Below, in pieces: positions 49,471-61,950 of a DNA stretch of 64,000 nt. The notes beneath the pieces were generated by a model. The model was not told the origin of the DNA. It searched no databases and saw only the letters and a program-made list of their open reading frames with translations. Where the stretch lies: contig CM060731.1 of assembly GCA_030704615.1 (NCBI GenBank), positions 80,104,001 through 80,168,000 of the forward strand, written 5' to 3'. The position numbers and the translations under genes are program-made. The stretch is from Takakia lepidozioides. Lineage: Eukaryota; Plantae; Bryophyta. How positions within the stretch are numbered: position 1 is the stretch's first letter; every line of letters starts with the position of its first letter.

Positions 49471-50070
49471 ATGGATGACGCCGTTAAAAGCGAATCCTCG
49501 CTCAAGTGCACGCCACCAACCAAGCAACCAGAATATTTCAAAGTGGGAGCTCACTTGAAGATTACACCAGGTGGGTTTTCTGTTGAAAATCCGCTTGTGT
49601 ATTTTGCAAAAGGTCTGTATTATCCCAAGGATGGGAAAATGTACATGAAGGGCTGTCGACCAGTAGATGCCAATTGGACGCTGCTCCAGGACAATACAGA
49701 TTCCTTAGATGATGGGCTTGACTGTTCCCTTGAAATTGTTCTAGAGTACCCCGCAATAGTTGCTAGGTGGCTCACAAGACCAACTGTGAAGATAGACATC
49801 ACCAGCCGGCGGAATGTGGACGAACCTTTTTACTTCAAACTGATGAATCTTGAGACTTTCCCGATCAGTTACAAGCGACAGCGAGATGAGATCATTTCTC
49901 GGAAGAGTCTGGAAGGGTCATTGAGTGTGGCAACCCTAACTTTGATGCTGCTATGTATCGGTGCCCAATTGTCACATGCCAAGCACCATCTGGAGTCGAC
50001 GCCCTACACCTCGCTTGGGATGCTTGGCGTGCAGACTGTGGACTACATAATTCCTCTTATCACAGGTTAG
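49471..50070 (+). pseudogene. Internal fragment of a DUF2921-family plant membrane protein gene
   Basis: GLYYPKDGKMYMKGCR...DGLDCSLEIVLEYP...IDITSRR..DEPFYF...SLGMLGVQ...IPLITG; no flanking exons recognised. Confidence 0.7.
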
Positions 50071-50928
50071 TAGCTGACTGATCACCTAAGATCTCTGCCC
50101 TTTTGAATAAGACAGAGATGGTTATAGCTCTTCCCCAGCCAAAGTCAGCTTTAATTTAGGGCTTCCTTTGTGTGATGTATAAAAATCTATAAATGGGAGT
50201 TTGGAGTTTGAGTGGGAGGGGGTGATCTACATCTTGTGACATGACAAAATGCAGGTGAACTTCACACAAATTTCATCGCTGCTGGGCCAGCAGGAACTGG
50301 AAGGCAAGCGTGTGCCTCGAATGGTGTCAGGCAAGACTTTGCCTTGCTTTCCCCCATGGGGTACTAGTGCTCGCGCCTGTGGTTTCATTAGTGATCGCTT
50401 CTTAACAGGGCTCAGGCCTCAAGAGTACTATTTCCATTGCATGGCAGGCCGCAAGGGGTAGGAAATTCTCCCTCTCTGTCCGTTTCTTGTTTGTCCTCAT
50501 CTCTCCTATCAGAGTGATTCTATAATGAAGAGTTGTTTCGAAGGGAGGTGTACCACTGGAGTAAGCATTCAGTGGTGGTAGTAGCCCTCATTCTGCACTC
50601 TGTCCCCTTCCAGTCTTTTGTGCTGTATCTACAACAGGTGTTTGGGTTTCTGGCCGTTGGGTTATGCAAGCAAAGCCTAATTATACATCTCCCTCCTCCT
50701 TGCAGAAAGCCCAATTTATGGTGCAAATTTGGCTTGAAAATGCATTGGCCTAAATAGGTATGATATAAGGGAGCAATATCCTACACTAGGCAGTGCATCT
50801 TCATTAATAATTTGGTAAAAACATATTGAACATGTATGATCCATTGATGTGCATTTTCTTGATTTATGTTTTCACTCATGCAGGTTGGTGGATACAGCTG
50901 TCAAGACATCACGGAGTGGCTATTTGCA

Positions 50929-53382
50929 ACCTGGGAGCCCTGGAAAAGGGGAAAGAGGTCCATGATGACATCGTCAAAGCTGAAATTGTGCCAGATGTCA
51001 CTACCCTGGTGGACATGAATGCCAAATGTGGGTGCATTAAGGATGCGAAGGGAGTTTTCAACACTATGGCTGAACGAGATGTGGTGTCATGGAACACGAT
51101 GCTTGCAGGGTATCCACAGCAGGGACGTGGTATGGAGGCCTTGGAGACCTATGATCAAATGATGGGGGAAGGGGTGAAGCCCGACCACATCACGTTTTTG
51201 TGCATTTGCAATGCGTGTGCAAGCCTGGCAGCTCTGGAAAAGAGCAAAGAGGTCCATGGCGACATGGTCAGAGCTGCAGTTGTACCAAATATCATTCTGA
51301 ACAATACCCTCGTGGACATGTATGAAGGGAGTGTTTGACAGTATGGCTGAACGAGATGTGGTGTCGTGGAGTGCGATGATTGCAGGATATGCACAGCAAG
51401 CGCGCGGGATGGAGGCTTTGGAGACCTATGAGCAAATGATGTGCGAAGGGGGTGAAGCCCAAACACATGACGTTTGTTTGCATTTGCAATGCGTGTGCAA
51501 GCCTGGCAGCCCTGGAAAAGTGCAAAGAGATCCATGGTGACATTATCAAATCTGGAATTGTACCCGATGTCATTTTGAACTCTACCTTGGTGGACATGTA
51601 TGTCAAATGTGGGTGCATCGAGGATGCAAATGGAGTGTTTGACAGTATGGCTGAACGTGGTGTGGTATCGTGGAGTGTGATGATTGCTAGATATGCACAA
51701 CAAGGGTGCGGGATAGAGGCTTTGGAGACCTATGAGCAAACGATGTGCAAAGGGGTGAAAACCAACCACATCACATTTGTTTGTGTTTGCATGCGTGTGC
51801 AAGCCTGGGAGCTCTGGAAAAGGGGAAAGAGGTCCATGGTGACATCGTCAAAGCTGGAATTGTACCAGATGTCATCCTAAAACACTGCCCTGGTGGACAT
51901 ATATGTCAACACTATGGCTGAACGAGATTGTGTGTCGTGGAACGCGATGCTTGCAGGGGTATGCACAACAAGAGCGTGGGATGGAGGCTTTGGAGACCTA
52001 TGAGCAAATGATAGGGGAAGGAGTGAAGCCCAACAACATCACGTTTGTGTGGATTTGCAGTGCGTGTCCAAGCCTGGCAGCCCTGGAAAAGGGCCAAGAG
52101 GTGCATGGTTGCATCGCCAAAGCTGGAATTGTACCAGACGTGATTTTGAACAATACCCTCGTGGACATGTATGCCAAATGTGGGAGCATTGAGGATGCGG
52201 AGGGAGTGTTCAACAGTATGGCTGAACGAGATTTGGTGTCATGGAACGCCGTGCTTGCAAGATATGCACAGCAGGGGTGTGGGATAGAGGCCTGGGAGAC
52301 CTATGAACAAATGATGGGGGAAGGGGTAAAGTGCAACCACATCACGTTTGTGTGCGTTTGCAATGCCTGTGCAAGCCTGGCAGCCCTGGAAAAGGGCAAA
52401 GAGGTGCATGGTGACATCCTCAAAGCTGGAATTGTACCAAATGTCATTCTGGACACTCCCATGTGAAAATGTATGTGAAATGTGGGTGCATCGAGGATGC
52501 AAAGGGAGTATTTGACAATGTGACTGAACGAAATGTGGTTGCACTTTTGAGGATGTAAATGAAGGAATGCAAAAGAACTCATATGGAGGTCCTGCAACTA
52601 TTTGAAGGAATAGAAAAGAACGGCTTGAAGCCGGACAGTATCACCTTTATATGTGTTCTCTCTACATGTAGCCACATTGGCCTACTGAATGAAGGAAGAC
52701 GCTACTTTGATTCCCTGAATCAAGATCATGGTGTCACCCCGCCAGTAAAGCACTTTGGCTGCATGGTGGATCTTATGGACGTGCGGGACAACTACATGAG
52801 GCAGTGGACCTGATTAATAAAATGCCAATCAATCCAGATGTTGTGGTGTGTAAGGCCTTGCTTGGTGCCTGCAGAATCCATGGCAATGTGGAGATGGCTG
52901 AATGTGTGGCAACATCTATCCTCAAGTGGGATGAACATGATGCCGTGACTTATGTGTTGCTATACCAAACATCTATGCTGCAGCTGGCAGGTGGGATGAC
53001 ACTGCAAAGGTGAGAAGAATGATGAAGGTCAGAGGGGTTAGAAAGGAGCCACATGACAAGTTGCATCCCAGAATTAAGGAAATCCATGCTGAGCTGAGAA
53101 GAGCGTATGGGCAGATGAAAGAGGCGGGGTATGTGCCTGACACACGTTTTTTATTGCATGATGTGGAAGAAAAGAATATTCTCTTTGCCACCACAGTGAG
53201 AAGCTGACCATTGGTTTTGGGCTGATCAGCACGACTCATCAAGAATCTTCAAGTGTGTGGAGACTGCCACACCTCCACCAAATTCATCTCAAAGATTGTT
53301 GGCCGAACAATTGTTGTATGGGACGCTAACTACTTTCCACCACTTTGAAGATGGGATTTGTTCTTGTGGTGATTACTGGTGA
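50929..53382 (+). pseudogene. PLS-E-E+-DYW PPR organellar RNA-editing factor, pseudogenised
   Basis: Multiple PLS triplets; E domain ALLGACRIHGNVEMAE; E+/PG-box region HPRIKEIHAEL...GYVPDT; DYW domain HSEKL...IKNL.VCGDCH...[12 protein letters not shown]-stop at 53371-53382. Many frameshifts. Confidence 0.92.
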
Positions 53383-53407
53383 AAGGATGTTTTCTTGGAA
53401 AGATGCT

Positions 53408-53562
53408 AGTGTCTTGCTTTCATTCATTGATCTGTGTAGCTACTCAGACCATCCACCATTTCCTGAGAGTACTGACCATCATGTACTGTTGAGTGCAAGA
53501 TGCAAGTGTCTTGCTTCATTCATTGATCTGTGTAGCTACTCAGACCATCCACCATTTCCTGA
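53408..53562. repeat. ~58-bp direct repeat downstream of the DYW stop
   Basis: agtgtcttgc...tcattgatctgtgtagctactcagaccatcc.ccatttcctga occurs twice. Confidence 0.75.
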
Positions 53563-54379
53563 TGGTGGGGTTTACCCGGCATAGGTGGAAAGTCAGACCA
53601 AAATTGCACTTGACTGAAGGGGTGATTTTTGACTGATTCTGGTGACAGTGGATGGAAATCAAAGTGTTGTCCTATTTCTAGGTTTGGGTGGTGGAGCTTC
53701 TCCAAAGCTTGAAGATGGAAGTGAATACGAATTTTAATGAGCTCGATGAGAGGGGCAGCCCTATGCACAAGTTTGTTCAGCATCTTAAATTTGGACATGT
53801 TTGTTTGTTTCTCGTGGTGTGGCTTTGGGTGGAGCCCTTGACGAACTTGCATGAATATTGTCAAAAGCTAGGCTTAACCCACCAAGATCCAATCCCATGG
53901 TGGATGCTTGAAAGTTCATATAGTGAATGTAAGGGTATTTGGGTATGTTGTTATTGATTGATGCGGCTTGTGAAAATTGAACCTTGAAATGCATATCCTC
54001 CATTTTTCTTCCAAAAAAAAAACAAAACACGGGATCTCTGCATGTAACACCGTGGGGATGACCCACCCATTTTTTTGTGAAAAATTGAAGGTAGTTCTCA
54101 GAATTCGTCGCTAGTAGTGCGAAACAACGCGAAGCCCTAGTATATATATATATATATATTGCTTTTGTGATACATAGATGTAGCGTAGGTGTGTTGGTTA
54201 GTCTGTAGTGTCTTAGAAATGTTATAACGTGGAGATCTTAGGTTCAAGTATGCATTGCATGATATATGTAGAACAATGAATATATCGCTAATAGACAGAA
54301 CCGGAGTTAATGGTCAATAAGTTTTTGAAATTCAAATTACAAATTCAAATTTTCCCGCCTAAATTCAAATGAACCCCCT

Positions 54380-54679
54380 TAAATTGCGACGTCCGGGCGT
54401 CGCACTTTGCGACCCCCAAACGGTGCTAATTCTGCATTGCAGAGTAGGTTTTATTTTATTTTATTTTTAAAAAAAAATTGGCGACGCCCGGGCGTCGCAA
54501 ATCGCGGTTTCGCCTTTTTGCGACCCCCATTCGTCGCAAATTTGTGACATTTTTTTGGCGACGCCCTTGCGACACCCAGACGTCACAAAATTGGTTCTCC
54601 CCCCCTGCCCGAAAAGGGCTGTTTTACGACGCCGTGGCGTGGCGGCGGCGTCGAAACCCCCCCTTTTTTCCTGTAGTGA
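54380..54679. mobile_element. CACTA element terminus with palindromic subterminal repeats
   Basis: Ends ...ttttttcctgtagtg (reverse complement CACTACAGGAAAA); repeated TTGCGAC...GTCGCAA inverted motifs. Confidence 0.8.
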
Positions 54680-55563
54680 TTTCAATCATGTCTCCCCGAT
54701 ATACATCATGAAATCCATTATTCTAATGTTGAAGCTTAGATCCTCTATACAGTGCAAGCAGCAAGATCAGAGAAAGAGTACCTCAATTGAGATAGCACGG
54801 CGCTGTAACTCAGCAAATCCTGCAAGCATGGCAACCACATACCTGCCGGTTAAAGCACATGGCACATCAGTATGGGTAAAACATCTCTTGGAGTGTAGAA
54901 ACACAAGACAAGCCCAACTTTTCTCTAGATTAAGCTCTAGTAGCACTCCCACATGAATGTCCAGATACGTATCTTAACATTATGAAATGAGTCCGGGGAA
55001 CAAACCCAAATGAAAGACTATTAATTATTTTCAATAGAGCAGCGACAAACCCAAGGAAAAAGCCTGTAGCATGGACTGACAACACAGCCCCTCCAATGAT
55101 TCCTAAGTGTGCCAAAACATATGAAGCACTTTGAGCTGGTGACATAAACACTGCCTCCGCTATACTGGTGGAGAGAAGTGTTCCTGGGATTGTCCCTATG
55201 TGTGAGGTAAGTGAAGCAGCATAAAGGAGATGAACGTTTGCTGAAAAAATATTGCGCCGGTATGTACAAAGATAAAGTGCCAACAAAAAGGATGAGCTTG
55301 ATTTTGGTGTACCTGCGCGACATGCAACTCTGTCTACATACTTCATAAGTCGTTGTCCCAAGACCCAAGTGGACAGGGGAGGCCGGTGAGTCTGTACCAC
55401 AAATGGTAATCATACAGCAGAGGGTGCTGCTGCCCAACGTGCAAAAGCCGCCGGCTGCAGGATGCTAGGCATGCGAACTCGGGCACAGCACGCCTCCTCT
55501 GCACCCCACTCCGTCCCAACCAGTGCAAAACAACCGTGCATGCATTGACTGCCGTCTGGCTTT

Positions 55564-56413
55564 CTAGTCAATCACTAGGCTGCCACTATGTTGCCCACTA
55601 TGGCAGTCACTAGTCCACACAATCAACCTCTTGAGCATCGATCACACACCAGCATGGTGGTTGCCCCTTTGGCAAACCCACAGAGCATGCACCTCAAACC
55701 TGCAGGTACCACTGCTGGAAGTTTGGGTCAACTCTGCCATCGACATTGGGAAGGTGACATGACGCACAATTACGCACATGGTCTTTCCAAATCATGCCAT
55801 CCCGACCCTCCAAGATCAGGACTCCTCAGGGCAACACCTCTTGAACCCTCAGAATAACACGCCCTGCAATGACATCCAGGGTCATAGGAGCAGTCTGCTG
55901 CAAATAAACATAGTCACCAGGGCTAAACCTCCGAACCCCGGGACGATATCCTTTACCATGTATAGTGGCATACCTCAACGTATCACGGTATTGTGCAATG
56001 GCAAGGTTCTCAAAAGCCATGGGCATGACTTTCTTGAACAACTTTGCACGTTGATCACATACACGTACCCACACGTCTGGATCGTCAAGGTTAAGGACTT
56101 GAGCAGTGTCCCTACGAATGGCTGCAGACAAATCCGGCTCTCGGCCAAAGAGAAGAAAATATGGTGAGAATGAGGCAAGTGATGCTTGCTTGCTGAACCT
56201 ATAGCCCATGGCTAACCAAGGCACTTGAAGATCCCAATCTCCTAGGTGTCCCTTCTGCAAGCCATACTTGCGCAAACCCCTCTTCACCGTCTGAACAACT
56301 CTCTCTGCCAAGCCATCGGCCTCAGGATGATCCCGAGAAGTGGTGCGGTGGTCTATCAAGGCTTTATCACACAAAGCCTGAAACTCCCCCAAGAACTCTC
56401 TCCCTTGGTCCGT
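55564..56413 (-). mobile_element. Gypsy-MTase copy 3 (integrase/partial PHD fragment fused to a partial B repeat)
   Basis: Near-identical to 12330-13118; B-repeat part at 55564-55623 resembles copy 1. Confidence 0.88.
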
Positions 56414-57825
56414 CGAGCATTTGGGGGTCTGCGATCTGCTACACGTAAGTGTCTTTGAATGCGACGATCAAAGGATCCGGTCACTTGCAGTTGCCGTCTC
56501 AAGGGCAGCATTGCAAGAATCAGAAATAAGTAAGAAAGATGGTGGAAGAAGCTGCAAACAACAAATGAGTGAAGTGGCAGGGCGATGCTCCATTTTTAAC
56601 ATGCTCCCCTTCCCACCATGGTGATAGAGCCACACAAATGGACTCCCTTCCCGCCACGGTGCAATTTCACGGCAACGGAACGGGATTGTCCGCCGAAACG
56701 TGATTTGGAGATGGCCTAAGACAAGTGGCGCAGGTTCTGGCCTTGTAGTCAGGTTGTTCACACTTCAATGCACACATTTCATACACATTCAACCATATGC
56801 CTAAGATCACAACGTCCTCAATCGTGAAAATTGAAATTCCACGTACGTCCTCCGTACCCATTTCTCATTCATGCTTGCATGTGATCCACGGGGTAATTTC
56901 CATGTTTTCCCAGCTGATGTGGGTTCGCAAATTCTCGGTGTGTAGGTGTGTGTGTGAGGACCTCAACCTGGCATGGTACGATGGGTGTTGAATGGACCCT
57001 TCTCTGCGATGGGAGAACCACTACAGTTGAGTTTGTTTTTGCTGAATCATTTGGCAGAGCACTGTGTTCACTTCTCACACATCATGCGCATTTTCTCCAA
57101 GAATGCATGTAAAGCGGAGCCATACACTGCATCATTGCAGTGTGTTTCCTTCGCCTAATTTTGAACGAAAAAAAAGGTAACGGATCCATGTTAGTTGTGT
57201 GAATCACTACATCTAGTTGTCTGGAGGATTGTAAGTGGTTTAGGGTTTAACGTCTCAAAGTCGAAAAGGCCATAGTGTCGGATGCACGACACGTGTTCAT
57301 ATTTGAAATCAACAACGGCCGGATCTTCACTACAGATCGGGGGGGGTGTGTGATCACACTCCCCTCCTTGTCCTTCTTTCCTCCTTTGAATGTCTTGGTC
57401 TTCCTCGCTCGTCTTTGTCTTGGTCATGGTCTATGTCCACGCCTAGTAAGAAGCGCTCGACCGCCGAGGCAGCATCACCTCCTCCCACTTCTGCACATTC
57501 CAGCCCCGCGGTGCGAAGGAGCCCCCGCCTGGCTTGACTGAATCCGGTACAGATGGTGTCAGTGCGAGAGGGAAGGCAGAGCGGTGGGCGGTCTTCGAGT
57601 TCGGATTTTGACACAAGCGAGTATAGCATGGGCGACGACGATGAGGTGGAGGACAGTTTGGCGGAAATTGCACCTCTATCTGCAGAGTCTCTCCAAAAGG
57701 TGCGCAAACGGCACAAACCCGCTGCGCATGAGGTGAGTTCTACCTCTACTTGTGTTCATGTTTTCTGGGCGTTGAGTTCTCCTGAAACTGAAACTGGGAT
57801 GCACATATCCATAAAGTTGTTCAAA

Positions 57826-58925
57826 CGGATCTCGTAGTATACAGGGCAGTAGAAGAAGAAGTGTTCTTCAGTTTCAATTTCCTTGTTGCGCCCTATGCAA
57901 GCTGGACATAGGCGGTCCTCCCGTTGCAGGTTTTCCATCTGCCAGTCTCTATCCGTAGGTTGTGGGAACCCACCCTGAACCGCCCCAATGCCCTCAAGAG
58001 GGAAGGAGGTAAGGGTGCTGAAAGGTAATTTGGTCTGAAGATTCTATCATCGCGGAGCACCAAGAATGTCTCTCGATAGAAGTGGAGCTTTGTTGTGAGA
58101 TTGGGTAGCATCCAAGTTCTCTTTACATGTAATTCCATAAGCTCTCTCCGAATGAGTCTGTTGCGGTCATGTCTGGATGTGATGTCCACCTCATATGGGT
58201 TCATTGGTAAAGCAGTAGGAAGTCCGTTATGTTTCAATAAACTGTCCACTCGAGCATACCAGGAGTTCCCGAAACCTGCAGCTTTGAGCCTCATAGATGT
58301 TGTGAGGGCCCTTGCCACTAGCCCTTTGGGTGGAAGGGCCCGCAATCTATGGAGAAAGATTGTAAGCCTGAATTGTGCCTCGGATTGCAATGGTACACAT
58401 GCAAACTCTGCACCTAGGATCTGAGATGGAGTTGTGCTCCGGGCACCAAGCATTGCTTGGAGAAAAGATGATTGTAATGGTTCCAAATTCTTTTCCCACC
58501 AGGAGACAGGGACACCAGGTGCCCAGAACTCACAACCATTGATGGTAGCAGGGCTGACGACGGTGTCAAACAGCCACTTTTTGGTCGGGGGATGCCGCAG
58601 ATGTATTTGCTTGCATTTGGCGTGAAGGCGGACGGAGGCCGCCTTACCTTTAGTCAATCTGTCTAAGGCAGTGGCTGCAAAGTGAAACTTGGGGGAGTGG
58701 ATAACCAGACCTAGGTACCGGTATGATTTGACAATCTCAATTTCCTGCTGGTTGAAGATGAATCTACGATCAGCCTGGCCATTGAAGACCATGATCTTGG
58801 TCTTGCTAAGATTGACTTGCATCCCGTAGTCTTTGCAGAACTGTTCCAAAATTTTGAGATGGCGTTGCAGAAAGACCGGGGATTGTGCCAAAGGGCAACA
58901 TCATCAGCGTAGAGGAGATCTGATT
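57826..58925 (-). mobile_element. Truncated non-LTR retrotransposon (LINE): RT C-terminus plus C-terminal CCHC region
   Basis: LLYADDVAL, VNLSKTKIMVF, YRYLG, RFRVGSHNLRIETGRW and RLCPAC...ETEEHFFFYCPVY. Confidence 0.88.
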
Positions 58926-61304
58926 GGGCAGAAAATGAAGTTAGGCAGAAAACATCCTTGAACATGTTTTCAATTTGTGACATGGGGGAGGACATCGTGG
59001 AAAAACCTTCAAGTCTACCACTGTGTGCAGAGGGACTAGTTTTTAAGTCAAGGAAATGTTGCTTTGTCACGTCATTGCACCTGCGTTGGAGTACGCATTT
59101 GCTATATGCGTTGATAACTCCAACGAGGCTAGGTCTGCAATATCCTTTCAATTGAATTGTGTCTGCACCTGTGTTTACCAACATTGAGAGTCTTTAGGCC
59201 TTTTGGGGCTCCGTTGTTGGGCTCCGCCATACAGCCATTTGCTGATTGTGTCAATAGATGTCCACTGGATATGTGCAAAACCCGGATGGATGTTCTATTT
59301 CCTGTAAGTTTCATGTGGTACTGATGTGAACCCGCCCACATTCTGTTTCTTCACCAATGAATGGCCTTACATGTTATGAGGACATTCTGTCCCTCTCCTT
59401 TCCAGTTTTTGGCACTTGCGCTGCAGGGGAGTGGGTTTGAGGTCAGCCAATCCATAGTTGTGTTGTGGGATGGTTTGTGCTCTGGTGACGTTGTGTTCAG
59501 TAGGACTACAGCTGATGCACCTTGTGTGTGGGATGTTTTTGGCAGCGGAAGGGGAGTGAAGCTGCAGCAAAGCACTCACAGCCACCACACAATGCCAACC
59601 AACACCAACCTTGGCACCCACCCCCTGCCGGATGGTCTCCACAACAGAGTGCACCATGGGGAGCCCCCCCTGCTTCGGGGTCGTGGCGCTGGCTTCCTGA
59701 TGTTGCCATGTCACAATGGGGGCCTCCCACATCTCCATACGGCCCTCCCCCCTCCGGCACACATCAGTCACCCCCCACAACGTATGACGGCGCTGCTCCC
59801 AGAGCATAGGGGCAGGAACGGACATCAGAGCTGAGGAAGAAATGACGCCATGCCATGAAACAATGGGAAGGAGATGGAGAGGGAAGGGTGGCTGCAGGGC
59901 TAAAGCGCCACAAGGTGGAGGTGCATGGAAATGGAGTCATCAATGCTGGCTGCGAAGGTAAGGAACACTGGCAGCGTGATTTGCGTGGCCTGGCATTGCG
60001 TTACCTTGCTCAAGCGTACAAGACATTGACCAACAGTCCCAGAGTGCCATGTCAACAGTAATAGAGGGCATAAATGGAATGTACGAGTACACACCTATCC
60101 CTGCCAATCGTGATTTTATAGTGAAGCAATGTGGGAAGATAATGAAAGGAGAAAGAGCAAAACTGAAAGATAAATGGGCGAAGACTGGTGTGAGGCCAAT
60201 GAACACTGAAACCCGCCTATTGGGATAAGCTTGTTGCCTACTGGAGTCCCCTCGTGGACTTGCAAAGGCTGAAGGGATGAAGCAAGCGCGTGCTTGTGTC
60301 ACGAACCCCTCGCGTTGGGGCCGGGCGGGAGTTGCAGGCCAAGCAGCCCGTTTGGTAATCTCCTCACCCCCTTCTCATTGTTCTTACGTTGTGGCATGTT
60401 CTGATGGAAGAGACACCCACGAGTGGGTTTTATTGCTTGTGCATAATTAGTTGTTATGTGATATGCAGGGTAGTGCTTTGTCCATATGCTCCTGGCATTT
60501 TGTACTGACAGTGTGTGGATGGGCAATACAGAAAAGACGCAAAGCGCGGAGCCCGTCATTGTCCGAGCTCGGGCGGAGCAAAAGAACGCTACGACTGGCA
60601 CCCCATCAGAGTCTGTTTTGAGCCAGGTATGTTTTGAAGTCCGTTTCCATTCATGAATCTGTTGTTGTACTAAGATTTGGTGGGTATGTGGGGCCCCCAC
60701 GCATGGTACACGAGGGGTGTTATGCCAAACCCAGCCATCTCCGAATGCCTGAAATCCTGCACATTCGCCTCTTCTTCTGGTTTTTAACAGTACGGGTGGT
60801 GTTTGTGTATGCGTAGGGAGCAGGGAACTCAATGGCAGCCCGCATCGGGCCCTGGAGAGGCTTGCGGCTCTCTCTGCGGAGCGGGAGAGGGGAATGGAAG
60901 CACAACTGAAGAAGATAGTGGAACTCATGATGGGGCAAAAAGGGGGTGTGACGGGTGGCATTATGGAAGCCCCCCCTGCTGCGACCATTGTACTTGACAA
61001 GGAGGAAGTAATTGTAGTGGGTAGGGATGTGACAGAGGTCCGGGCTGTTGTTGATGATATTCACAGTGGGGGGCAGGGTCCACTCGTTGAAGAGGGAGAG
61101 TCCAGCAAGTTGGTGGGGATGACATGGACGATGGGGGGGTCATTGCTCATGATGGGGGAAAAGGGGAAGCTGTAGGGGAGAGGGTGGTAGTTTGCCTGGT
61201 CCAGGCTGCAGGGGGACCGAAACTTTGCCCTCCGGGTGACTGTTGTCTCCCAACCCACTAAGGTGAGACCCCGTGACACCCCTTCAAAAGCTCATTTCAT
61301 AGAA

Positions 61305-61950
61305 AAGTCAAACTAATTGTTCTAGACCTGAACGGGATCCTGTGCCACTCTATTCCTAACTTTCAGCCCAACCCGAGGCGTCATTGGCCATGGGTGTTGA
61401 CCACCAACAAGTATGTTTTCCCAAGGCCCCACGTCTGCGAGTTTTTAAACCTTCTCTTCCGGTATTTCTACGTTGGGATATGGTCCTGTGCTTCCAAGGG
61501 GAATGTTGAGACATCCAGATTCAAAGTGGTGATGCAGGGGGTCAAGGGTTCTCCCCTCTTTGTGTGGTCGCAAGAGGAGTGTGACCCTTGACAGCCACAC
61601 CACCCCCAAAAGGGCCATGCCGTACAGAACTTACAGAAGAGACTGTCGAGGGTGTGGTCGGAATTTTTCTGGATTTAACGAATCCAACACCCTCCTAGTG
61701 GATGATTCACCACACAAAGGGAGGGGGAACTCCCCTTTGAACATGGTCCATCCATTGTCGTTTGATGTCACTGGCAATGTCAGTGAGGGGCCCGATTCAG
61801 ACTACATTTTAGAAACAGTCTGGCCCTACTGCCAAGATTTGTTTTGCTCCAAGGATGTGCATGTCTTCACAAGCACGCGAAAGCTGACCCCGACTGGCAG
61901 CTTGAATGTGGGAGAGGATGGGGTCGTTGGGGGAAGTACTTCTGCGCCCA
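61305..61950 (+). pseudogene. FCP1/NIF-like HAD-fold domain (DLNG type)
   Basis: KLIVLDLNGILC...VFPRPHVCEFL...FYVGIWSCA...FVWSQEEC...NESNTLLVDDSPHKG; frameshifted. Confidence 0.82.

Noticed and set aside
22106-54679. One large CACTA element linking the TnpD fragment with either CACTA terminus
   Set aside because: No matching left terminus or 3-bp TSD was found, and the two termini have different subterminal repeats.
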